From Takakia lepidozioides (Eukaryota; Plantae; Bryophyta): DNA of 64,000 bases. Within the stretch, counting starts at the first letter, position 1. Each line of letters opens with the position of its first letter. Location of the stretch: positions 50,096,001-50,160,000 of the forward strand of contig CM060733.1 in assembly GCA_030704615.1 (NCBI GenBank), written 5' to 3'. Shown piece after piece: positions 37,107-48,817 of this stretch. Made by a program: the position numbers and the translations under genes. The notes below the pieces were generated by a model. It saw nothing but the letters and a program-made list of their open reading frames with translations, did no database searches and was not told the DNA's origin.

Positions 37107-40100
37107 ATGTCGAGGGAGCGAGATGCACTCGCTCGATTCCATTCCAATGCAGGTACTCTTCCACTGACTGCCACTGCAGACGACGATGGGTATGCAGTTG
37201 TTCATGAGGATGAGCTGGTTACAGTGTTCCCGCTGGAGTTGGGTTCTCTGCTTGTTCAGAAAGAGGTGTATGACGAGGATGGGAATTTGGATTCTGGGCA
37301 CTTGGAGAAACCCTTGGTTGGCGAGTGTGGAAGGAAGTGGAGAGTCCTTCCAGGAACATACCGTGTCCTTGGAAAAGAGAGAAGACAATCAGCAGGATCA
37401 GTCGTTACCCCTGGCACTGCAGCATCGGTCGTGCAACAGAAGGGCACAGTTCCTGTGAAACAAGAGGTGAGCACATCCACTACCTTCGTTACTCTTTCGG
37501 ACTCGTCCTCGGAGGATGTTTCTGAGATTCCTCCGCCAGTGCAAACTCCCTTATTGGATGATGACGAATTGCAAGAGATAACAAGTGTCATTCCAAAATT
37601 GAAAGCCCTCGCAGGTGTGCCTGGGTGCAAGAGCGAGCTACGTTTTGTTGATTGGGAGTCCCTTCCAGTGCAACGGGTTCAATACGTGCCAGCTCAGTTT
37701 GATGGGGACATCTTGTTTGAGCTCAACCCTCCCACGTCTTCCAGTGGACTGGCTGGGCTTCTGCAGGGCATGGACAAGAAACATGACGGACATCCTTGGT
37801 GCAGGACAAAAACTTCGAACATCCATAACGACATTGGCTTGAAATTTCGGAGGTCGGTTTGCGTTGGGCATTGCAAGTGCCTGAATATTTCTTGCCCTCG
37901 GCTGAGAAACAGCGCTCAGCCAAACGAAAGTGAGTGGGAAGGTGTGCCCCTGAATCCTTTCACCCCAGGGCTTGCACCTCCCAAGACCAATACTTTTGTG
38001 TGCAGGTTCTGCAAACTTTCCCCGTCCTGTGTTTCTGTTTGCCACGCTCGTATGTATCAGGTGGCACATCGATGCAAGACAATGACTCGTGCCTGCATTC
38101 ATATGGGTGCACACGAGCATCCTGTGTCCAAAGGGAGTTGCAGGGATAGCGTGGACATCGCTAGAAATCTACTGAAGCAAGAGTTCCATAATGCCCCTTC
38201 TGCAACACCTTCTGCTATAGCGCTTGCAGCTAGCAAGGCATTCCTGGAAAAACACATACTGGGTGAAGGGGATGCGACACAGCCAATGCTGGATGCAGAT
38301 TCCCTTGAGGCAGTCATGGACCATTTCTCCGTGTTGAGCTCTCCCAATATTCGAAACCAGGTGAATGCACTCAGAATGGGCACAGGCACTGCTGGATTCA
38401 TGGACAACATTATGGACCTCAAACGGAGGAGTCGCTATGAATTCATTCAAAACAGTATGTTCCCTGGCCAGGGCTCGTCCAAAGTGTATTTGTTCAAGAT
38501 GTCCGCTGTGGGCCAAGGCAGTGGTGTGAGCATTGTCCGCCGAATGCAACCTGGAGGAGATTTGGCTAAATGTTGGTTAATGTTTGATCACTGCAAACGG
38601 GTGAAGGGTTGGACAACCATGGCGTGCCATGTGTATGATCCAGCGTACCAGCGTGTGCTCTCCATAGCAATTTGTGATATGCAGTCGGAGGACACTGAAT
38701 CCCAGATGCTCATGTGGAATTCCCTCCTGACCGTCATGCAGCGCAATGGAATACAGAACACAAATTTTGCGGGCTTCATGGCTGATAGTGCACAGGCAAA
38801 TTTCAATGCAGTGCGGCGCGTGTTTGGTTCTGGGGATCCTAAGGTCCCCATGGAAAATAGGGAGCGCACATGCCTCTTCCATTGGAGTCAATCTCTGGCA
38901 CGTCATACAAAGCGCTGCATTCGCCCTGACCTTCAGTTGGAGCATAGAAGGCTCTGTCTGAAGTACAAGAATGCCACCTCAATGGGAGAAGCTGAGAGCA
39001 CTTACCAGGCAATCCGGGCTTGGTGGTTCTCCGCTGGTGCTGCTACAGGTATCCACCTGAAGGAGTTGGAGGACTGGTTGGTTTTCTGGCACTTCAGGTA
39101 CAGACAGTGGGGAGCTTTCATGACGACGGTAAGCCTCACAAGTTTTCCTTAAACACAAATTGCACTTTGCATCGTGCCTGTTCATTTGGGGTTGTTCGAT
39201 TGTCACTTGAAGAACCTCTACCATTTCTTTTCCTTCCTCACATTTCCATGCAATGCCTCCTGCAGGACATGTCCTTGGAGGACTTGGCCGACATGCCATC
39301 GTGTAATTTGGCAGAGACTGTTCACAACGCCTGGATGCAACAGTCTACCAAAGCAGGTCGTGACTTGTATGTGGCCACTGCTGATGACATGGTGCGGGCA
39401 CTTACACAACAAACCAGGTACCGCAATTTTCTGATGGGACGGGGTGGAGGGAAGGGCCCCGATTCGACTTTGTTGATGCTAAGGGCTGCGAGTAGGTCCG
39501 GAGACCCGTCAAAGATGGCCAGAGCTCTAAACAGGTGCACTGAAGGCTCCCCTCTGCAATCCAGGCTCCCCCATTTGGAAGGCGAGGAAAGATTTGGATC
39601 ATGCAAAAGGAAATTAAACACTCTTCCAGGGTCAGATGGAGATTCCCATAGGCCAGACAGGGTCAATTTCTCTGTGCCAAAGGTGTCTCCAGTGCAGACT
39701 AAGTCCTGTGCCGGCCCCTTCCCAGGTGGGTCCTCCTCCTGTGGAGCAGGTGCAGAACATGCAAGCATAGCAGCGGAAATCCCATTGGAGGAGGTGGTGG
39801 CCATGGTGCAGGAATCTGATTGCATTGATAGTGACTGGCATATAGAACGCACCCCACCAGGATCTAGAGTGGCTTGCATGGCAATTCGGACCCCCTCTTT
39901 CAAGAAATGCAAATCAAAAATATGCAAAGGCTCCAGGGGGACTCCAGCTCCAACATTCACAGGGTTGTTCCGACCTTATCATAGTGGGGAGTCAAAAGAG
40001 CACAAGTTTTGGTTCTGCCCAGACGATATGGCACGATGCGTGAAGGGAACAGTTCGTCCTTCCGTGATAATGAAGCCCCCTCCCCCCGCAATTTGGCCTG

Positions 40101-40678
40101 TGAAAATTGGGACATCGCTGTCCTCAACCGAGATAAGCATGCTGGAGGAGGGAGGGTTTTGTCTTGCACGGTCCCGGGTGGTGCCCTTATGCACTGTCGG
40201 CACAGATGTGCCACATGCTCCGACAATGCCTCCACCCGGTGCCGACTCCCACCCAACAAAAAGAGATGGAAAAACAGTGCGCCGTGTTGCTTCGGGTGCA
40301 GATCACGAATGCAAGATGGAATCGGCTAGAATTTTGCAGGCTACGGTGACTCGTATCACCGAAGTCCCTTCCCCGGGGTATGGACGGATTTACACAGTGC
40401 TGTCAATTGGCTCAGTTCTTCATGCCAAAGAATATCAAGTTACCATTGGGAATTTCCCATCGTGCACTTGTCCGGATTTTGTAACGATGCGTGAGGGCGC
40501 TCTCGGCATGAGAGGGAAGTGGGTCCCCTGCAAGCATCAATATTACATATACCTTGTAATTATGTGTTGCGACGGTAAGAGAGACCAATTCATTCACCAA
40601 GCCACACTAGGCTACGGAGAAGTCATCACCCTTCTGCAGCGGGACACCTCGCGTAGAGCTCCGCCAACTTCTCTTTGA
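37107..40678 (+). CDS. Mutator-like transposase: GCM/WRKY-like zinc domain, DDE core and SWIM finger, 1144 aa
   Basis: Exons 37107-39128 and 39266-40678 (phase 0). Motifs DGHPWCRTKTSN...CVGHCKC...CRFC...HEHP, MFDHCK (D), FMADSAQAN (D), CLFHW (CxxH), NLAETVH (E) and CTCPDF...PCKH (SWIM). No stops. Confidence 0.9.
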
Positions 40679-41599
40679 ACACATACGAGCCATGCCCGCT
40701 TCCCATGCTGGTTTCCAGGTTGCCGTGTGAAGACTTTTCATTTTATGACAAACATATACATTTCGTTCACTTGTGAGGGCAAATGCACTTGCGATTCATT
40801 GTAAGCGTCTCTCTGTGAATTGAAATAAACTGTGTCAATCATTCTGAGCTCAAATCTGCCATGTTTACATATTCCTCTTTTTTGGCACGCATTGCAGACA
40901 TGGTGTATGGTGGCCTCCTTTGTTTTGTCCACGGTAATAGGCCCTCTTCCTGCAATCCTCGCCTATAGGACCTGCTTCTCCAGCAGATTCATGCCGCTCA
41001 CGCTTCCCTGAAGCGTGAGCTCAGCTCACGCTTCAAAGCTTGAACGTGAGCTCAGCTCCCAGGCTCACGGGGCTGGGCTCACGCCGTAGCTACGCTGGTT
41101 GTAGTCAACTTAGATCATCACAAAGACGTCGCTTGGGGCGCTTGGCGGTGGCGGGTGCAACAATGGCGACGACGCTGGGCTGGGGCTGGGGCTTGGCACT
41201 AAGACTGTGGAGGTTGCAACTCCCAGGCGTCACAAGAGGGACCCCCTTAGAAGGAACTTGAAAGAAATCTTCATATATATTTTAGCGACGACCGAAGATC
41301 GGAAGCTAGTTTAGCGTAGAGCAGGTATAGGGTGCCATAGTGCCACGTCATCGTCGCCACGTTTCATCGCCACATCATCGTAGACACGTCATCATAGCCA
41401 GGTCATCGTCGTCGTCAATTTCTTTGAAACCTGCCCGAAATGTCCAAAATGCCCGAAAAGCAGCGCGGGGAAGGGATGAACGATGCCCCCGCATCCTTGA
41501 GGCTCGCGGAGGTGTTTCACACAAGAAATCTGCATGGGTGCCCTTCTTCTTTGACCTATTTCAGCCTGTTTTGCCCTCTCATCAGACTTGGCCTTGAGA

Positions 41600-41998
41600 T
41601 GCATAGACTTCATCAATAGAATGCCAATTGAACCAGGTGCTGCAGTGTGGGGGGCCCTTTGCTTGGGGCCTGCAGAATACATAGCAATGTAAAGCTGGCA
41701 GAACATGCAGCAAAATGGCTTCTGAAGTGGGAGTCTCAGCATGCTGTTACTTATGTGCTGCTATCAAACATCTATGTTGCGGCTGGCAGATGGGAGGATG
41801 TTGCAAGGGTTAGGAACATGATGAAGAAGAGAAGGATCAGAGAGGAGCCAGGTGGCTCTTGCATTGAGATTGACAATCAAGTCCATACGTTTGTTAATGT
41901 AGATGACACATCACATCCACAAAGAGGAAATTCATGTTGTGCTGGAGAGCTTGTATGGGCATATGAAGGAGGCCATGTACGTGCCTGACACTCACTTT
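41600..41998 (+). pseudogene. Captured PPR E/E+ domain fragment, cut just before the DYW region
   Basis: MPIEPGAAVWG.LLGACRIHSNVKLAE...YVLLSNIYVAAGRWEDV...EPGGSCIEIDNQVHTFV..SHP...YVPDTHF with frameshifts. It ends exactly at the CACTA TIR at 41999. Confidence 0.92.
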
Positions 41999-43675
41999 CA
42001 CTACAACAGATTGCGGCTTTTATGACTCCCATGGGTGCGCAGTCACGACCAATTTGTGGTAGAAATGCCATTTGCAGTCGTAAATGCCTTTTGAAGTCAT
42101 AACATAGATCACGACGAAGCCGGTTATGCGACTGTATGACTCCAAACTTTGCGCAACACAGGTCAAACACCCTTTGACCAGGAATATTGCCATGGCGGAT
42201 ATGACTACCAGTCAGGGTCATGCCCATACGTGAATGACGTGTGCATATTGCTAGACGGACATATGACTTCATGACTGCCACTCTAATGTATTCTGCCAGA
42301 TCATCACATGCCGTCATGACATGGAGAGTCTGTGACATGGAACAACTTATGAGGTGTCTACATATGATTGGTTAAGTGGTTTTGATATTGTGGTGCGGGG
42401 GATGCAAGTGAAGGGAACGGTTGCACACGAAGCAGCTTAGTAGGCCGTTTGCGCTTTGTGGAGAAGAATGGAACGTGAAGCCAACATGCTAGAGAGGCGA
42501 TCTGGAACCGCATCTGTTTGTGACGTTACGTTCAAATGGCGACGTGCATTTTAGTGTTTGTTGATCGCCGACAACATCAACAGCAAGCCTCATACTGCGG
42601 AATGACAGACGAACAAATGATGCATTCAGGGGATAGGCAAATTCATGCAAATCAAAAAATTCACTCATGAGAGTGATGCAAAACATGGGCTCAACAAAAG
42701 TCTTTGGGCAGTGACCAAGAACACCAACAAAATATGAAATCCAATAACTCTAACATATCGCCTTGTGCATGTCGTCCCTGTAGCAGGCCGTCCCGGAGCT
42801 CCACGCCGTGTGCTACTGGAATAGAAGCTTGGCAATACGGTCTGTTCCGATCCACCCACTTTGCCATGGGGGGGTATTCTAAGAATGGGAGAGCCCATGA
42901 ATTCAGCTTCTTGTATGATAAAACAACTGAGATAACAGCTCATGTTGTTCTCTCTAATGTACATATCCCCAATGACCTGCCCCAAGCTAGAACAGCAGCA
43001 CGATGACATCAGGGAATAATGATGTGGTGCAAGGCATGGAACACCTGCAGGGCAGCAACATTGTAGTGCTGAATGTACTGCACCCTGCTTGAGCCATTCA
43101 CAGATGGGGGACTATACAAGTGAGTCACATGGTGTTAGCTGGGGCATGAGAGAAACTGCCCATAAAATGCATCTACGCAAAGAACCCACTCAACCAGCAA
43201 GAGCATCATCTATGCGGATTGCCAGATTCTTTTGGGGAAAAATGCAAACATGATAAGTAGGGACCAAGCTTAAAAGCACTCCACTGGTATTCAATGGTCC
43301 ATAAACACGAGCCTGCCCAATATAAGACCCACAAAATCACTGGGGCAATTATGTAATGTAAACTGGAAGGCACATGCACTTTGTCAACAATGTACCCAAA
43401 GGCAGAACTGATGTGTAAATCTGCATGCCGTTCCAAAGTCTATAGTGACATAAATGTCATGACACGTTGCCAGACAGACACGCCATGTAAGTTGGACACC
43501 TCCAACACCCTGCAAAAAGGACACCCCCAAGGGCAACCCTTAGTGCCAGTCTTATGAATCCCACATTATTCATGAATCAACCGGGATTACATATTCAATT
43601 TTGCCCAATACCACCCTTCATATACTTGAGATAGAGGAAGGCAGTTGGGGGGAAAGTCATACCTCATTCTAGGTA

Positions 43676-46600
43676 CTAGTACACATCCACATCAACCAAC
43701 TCCTCATCACTGGACTCTGAATCTCCATCGCAACTGTCCTCCGTGGGACATGGATGTGCTTCCTCAGATCGCATGTCTCTGTAAAGTGAAGCAACCTCTT
43801 CAGGTGTCACTTGGATGGTCTGGCCCACCCTGTCACCAGCAACATTGGTCTCTTCAATGTGATTGGGGGCTAAGAGGCCTGATACACTTGCAATATCATC
43901 GTTGCAAATGCTCACATCAGAAACAGCCCTGCGTGACCTGGGGTTTTTTTCCAGCACCACGTTCCATCTCGGTTCATTCACACACTCAGAGAAAAAAACT
44001 TGCTCGACCTGTGATGGGAGCACAAAAGGCTGTTCAAGTGGAGGCAACAAGTGGGAGAAATTCACCAATGTGAAGCCAGACTCATCCTGCTTCATTGACA
44101 CAGGCTGAGAGCCCACACGTCGTGCACGTACCCATGAACACAATAGCACCGTGGTGTGTGTGGAGCCATAATCCAATTCTAAAATCTCCTTTATGACACC
44201 CACATACCGTACGCTTTCCACCACCTGCTCACGGTCAATGCAAGTACTGTCATGCTGGAAAACAGTAGAGACCCCCGAGTCATATGTCACAAAGGGGCTG
44301 TTGAGTCCATCTGAAGTAACCCTGAAGTGGTTTCCATAAGCCGACATGCTCTTGTATGATGTTGCGATTACTGATGGGGGTTTGGACATGTCCAACAATT
44401 CCTTGCAGGCTGAATCAGTAGCATGGTTGGCAACACTTGACACATGCTGGCGGACTGCTTTTACCAGCCATTCTGCAAAGTGAGGGAGAGCACGGATCTT
44501 GTTCTGGTTAGTAGCATTTTCAGTCTCCAACCTGCATTTCTCCACCTCATAGGACCTGCCAACACACGCACAACCACAGAAATTTATCTAGTGCAACCCC
44601 TGCAGCCGATGGAAGAACTACTGCACACACACCTATACAAAGCATACCCATGCATAGCAGGTACCATGAACGTTTGCCACTTACCCCAACATAATGCTCA
44701 AACTGGGATGGTTGTGAATGACGTAGTCGTGGACAAGCTGCAACAATTCGAGGGTCAACCTCCGTGGTCGACCAACTCCTTCCAATACCCAGCCCGACAC
44801 TGATTCCTCCTCTCCTGCATCCCACACTCTCCGCCTAGTAGCATCAACAGAAGACAAGTACTCTGTACAAAATCCCAATGCCTCGTCAAACACGTAGCCC
44901 TCCGCCATACTGCCCTCAGGCTTCGCCAAGTTTCGCACATACCCTTTAAAATCCTTCATTGCTCTCTCCACCGGGTACATCCACCGAGAAGCTACAGGTC
45001 CACACAAATCCACCTCATCCACCAAGTGGATAAGTAAATGTGTCATAACATCAAAAAATGAGGGTGGGAACTCTTTCTCCAGAAGACAAAGAGTCACTGC
45101 CACCTCCTTCTTCAATTCCTCATGCTCGGTGGGATCAATGAATTTTGCACAAAGCTTGCGAAACACACGGGACACTCTTAGTATGGCATTGCGAACCCCA
45201 GGCGCCATCAACCCACGTAGAGCAAGTGGGAGGATCTGTTGCATTAGCACGTGATAATCATGTGACTTCAATTGGCTCAACTTTTGTTTGACCACATGTT
45301 TTTTGAAAGCAGAGGCATAGCCAGTGGGTACTTTCAGATTCGTGATAATCTCCAGGAACACCCGCTGCTCTGGTTTTGTGAGCACATATGGCGCATCAGG
45401 CATTACCAATGTATCCACTCTGGTGGGATGGCGTCGTAACCAAAGAGGCTTTCGAATGCCCTGCAATTCCATATCGCGGCGAACTTGCATCGTGTCCTTT
45501 CGCCGAAAATAGTCTTGATTATGTTCTCCGTCACGTTCTTCTCGCAATGCATGGTATCAAAAGTGTGGCGGATGATAAGATGCTGCACCATGTGGTCTAA
45601 CAAATTAGGCACATTGCAATGCAGTCATGAATGATGTTTACAGCACAGGTTCAGTAAACAAACAATCATGCACAATGAAAAACCAATGCACTGTTTTGTT
45701 CCCAAAACACATGTGTGGTAATCGCACCTCCCAGTAAGGCAAGTCAAACAGAATGGACAATCGTTTTACGCCATGGAGCTTGGAGGGATCGTTCTGTGCG
45801 CCTACAGTCCCACCATCATCAATCCATTGTTTGTAATGTCGTGCACGCTCCTTGATTTCGGTGGCTGTCACTGTATGTGGAGCAGGTCTCATGTCTCGCG
45901 CCCCATTAAAAAGTCTGGATCTTCTATAGGCATGATTGTGGGGAAGATAGCGTCGATGCCCCTGGAATATCAATTTCTTACAAGCTGGGGAATATCTGGA
46001 ATCGACTTGAGGTCCACATGCTGGACAAGCACATTACCCTTGGTGAACCTGACCTGATAACAAGCCATAGGCGGGGAAGTCATGTATGGACCACATGAGG
46101 ACTGCACGCATGTTAAAAGCCCGCTCTCCTTCAATGGCTGCCACATCCACGGCTGCAACTCCCACCCACAATGTCGTTAGCTCCTCCACTAGTGGTTGCA
46201 GGTAAACATCCACATTTTCACTTGTCACAGATTCCTTTCCAGGAATGAGGAGTGTTAACATGACAAAAAATTCTTCGTTACCAACCATGGAGGTAGATTA
46301 TAATTGAGCACCATGATGGGCCAGGTGGACCAAGAAGTGGATTTGGTGCCATAAGGATTGACCCCATCCAGTGCCAATCCAAGACGCAGATTTCTTGGAT
46401 CTGAAGCAAAATCCGGCCATGTGTTGTCAATATGGCACCAAGCCTTACTGTCTGCAGCATGCCGGACCATGCCATCTGCACTTCTATGATTGTTGTGCCA
46501 CTTCATGAGCTCTGCCAGCGTCTTAACTCGAAACATCCGTTTCAATCTAAGTATGAGAGGAAAGTATCGCAACACCTTCTTGGGCACCTTCCCACGGCCG

Positions 46601-48209
46601 TCCATGTATCGACGACTATGGCACTTGGGGCAATTAGCAGCCTTTTTGAGGTCTCCACGAAACAATACACATCCACGCTCACAGGCATGGATCTGTTTGT
46701 ATCCTAGACCCATCATGGCGATCATATTTTTGGCCTCATACTGCGATTTCGGCAAGGTGTTTTGTTTGGGCAAAATCTCCAGCCTCAACAATGAAAATAA
46801 CTCATCCACAAATGCGTTGGTACATCTGTGAGTGGCGCAAGAATTGAGCAACATCAATGTGGCAGTCAATCGGTTGTGAACGCTCCCATCGTATAAGGGG
46901 ATTTGGGACTCTCGCATGAGTTTTCCATGGTGAAGATCATTTGGCGCGCCTGCTTCTTCTCCGCCCATATTTTCCCCATCAGGCATTTCAGAGGGATTTG
47001 CGCCATTCTCAACAGCCTCATCATTGTCCAAGTGAAGGGCATTTGGGGCAGGTGTGGGATTCTCCCGGAGGGTATCTGATATTTCAAATGCATCTTGCAC
47101 AGCACGGGCAATCTGGCCCCGTAGCCCATTGTCGTCTTGTCCATCCAAATTGACGTCGTTTGCAACACTCTCTAGGCTACATTCAGCCTCCACTTCAGAG
47201 TCGGATGTAATGTAGCCCTGTGAACGCAAATGAAATCATAAATTGGGATACGATGAACAGGCTTTTTTCAAAACTCCCAGATTATGAAATTTCATTTAAA
47301 CACTGTCATGTAAGCAAACACTTTGTAGAATTGCACTAGTTCAATACAGGTGAATGCTACAAGTCTCCCCCGCACTTGCGAATCAGGAGACGAAATTGGT
47401 CGGCCACAGACTTCATTTCGAAGCAGCTTGTGGAGCTCAGACACAAACACAAATGAAAACTACTCTCATATAATACGGCAAAGTAGGAACACAGTTTTCA
47501 TCGAAAAACAAAACAAACATACCCTCTGTGATAGAGGGAGACATCCCCACATACAGACAGCTATCTGCACAGACCAACAAAGTGAAAGCTCTCAACAAAT
47601 ATGCCCAAGTGGGCAGTGCGTTGAAGGCATGACACATGGCAACAAACTGCCAAAAGCCCAAAATGCATATTGCCTTCACACATGGCAGTCAACAACGACC
47701 ATGTAGTCATGACCCTGACTACATGACTCCAGTACAACCAATGGAAGAACACCACGTAGTTGAAATGTCCATGATCCACGGTCATGAAGTCATGGACATG
47801 ACTACTCTGACGCACTACCGACTACATGACTCCATCACTACGACTCCATGACTCCAATACATCCAACGGAAGAACGACACGTAGTTCGGACTCCAGTCAC
47901 TCCCACGACTGTCCAAAATGCGGACATGCGCGGGCGTGCTGCGAGCATGTCAGAGTGCGTGCGTCGTGCAAGGCGTACCGGGACTGTACACTGTCGAAGG
48001 TTTGGGTCCCTCCCATACTTTGTTAGGTGTTTTTTGGCCATCGGTAGAAACTGCGAGATCCCTCCATGGCATATTTTGCAGTTGCACAATATTTTGCGGT
48101 GCCCTTGTGCAATGGCATGCGCCTCCTCTAGTCGCCACAGTTTCTCATCTTTCCTGCGCACACGGAGTCGTTGAGCTGTTAGCCGAAACCCCGCTCTCGT
48201 TGTATACAT
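43676..48209 (-). pseudogene. CACTA TnpD-like transposase (transposase-associated domain, Transposase_21, DUF4218, DUF4216), disrupted
   Basis: CNCKIC...KHL, IHACERGC, RNLRLGLALDGVNP, YNLPPWL, WSIHDFPAY, DTMHCEKNV, LKSHDYH, FPPSFFDVMTHL, RWMYPVER and QPFVLPSQVEQVF. Frameshifts at about 46270 and 45500 and a stop at 46034. Confidence 0.93.
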
Positions 48210-48817
48210 TGTACTTACACAAGGGGTGTGCAAGGGTCTTTGCAGCTGATGTCAGACTGCCATGGTCAGGCCCTCCCCGTGCGGTCCTCTGACTGCGTAT
48301 GAGAAGCTAAGGGAGACCTGCATTGCTCGCAACAAAGAGGTTGAGGCGGAGTTGTTTGGTTCGCACCCACTGTGAGTATACTGAGAGGCGGCTCACCCTA
48401 GTGTTGTGGCCTAAATCTCGCAGGAGAGCATTCCACCTCAACCGGAGTGCTCAACTGACCCGAATACTTTAGTTTGGGGTTGTCAGACATCGCATTGCAG
48501 GGGCTTGTCATTAGGGGTTTTTTTTTAAAAATGTGAGAGGTCTACGGTTTAGCCTGAAATTGCCCGCATCCTTGTCTTTTGGGTTTACGAGTTTTTCTAC
48601 ATTCCCAGTGTTGGGATTGCATTGCTAAGTACACAGAATGATGGTTGTGAGGCGACGCCTGTCTCCACACTATCATGGCGCACCATGAAGAGAGCGGGAT
48701 TGGTTAATTTCTTCATGGGGCGAGGATTGCAGGCTTCTTGCTCCGAAACCAAAGCGTGCTTGCCGTCGACCTCCACTACCCACGGGACCACCCAGACGCA
48801 GTGGAAGGCTAGAAACA

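Larger units (their letters stand above)
27977..41097 (+). mobile_element. Complete Mutator-like element (13,121 bp) with ParB-methyltransferase cargo
   Basis: Exact 9-bp TSD GTTGTAGTC at 27968-27976 and 41098-41106. Short imperfect IRs (GCTATTCCGTGAGCC and GGCTCACGCCGTAGC) with clustered GTGAGC motifs at both ends. Intact DDE/SWIM transposase inside. Confidence 0.92.

Noticed and set aside
41600-41998. Functional PPR-DYW editing factor
   Set aside because: Frameshifted, no upstream PPR tract, and truncated by a CACTA end.
43059-43068. TTGTAGTG as the right end of a short CACTA starting at 41999
   Set aside because: No extended TIR or subterminal repeats, and the flank (CTG) does not match TTT.
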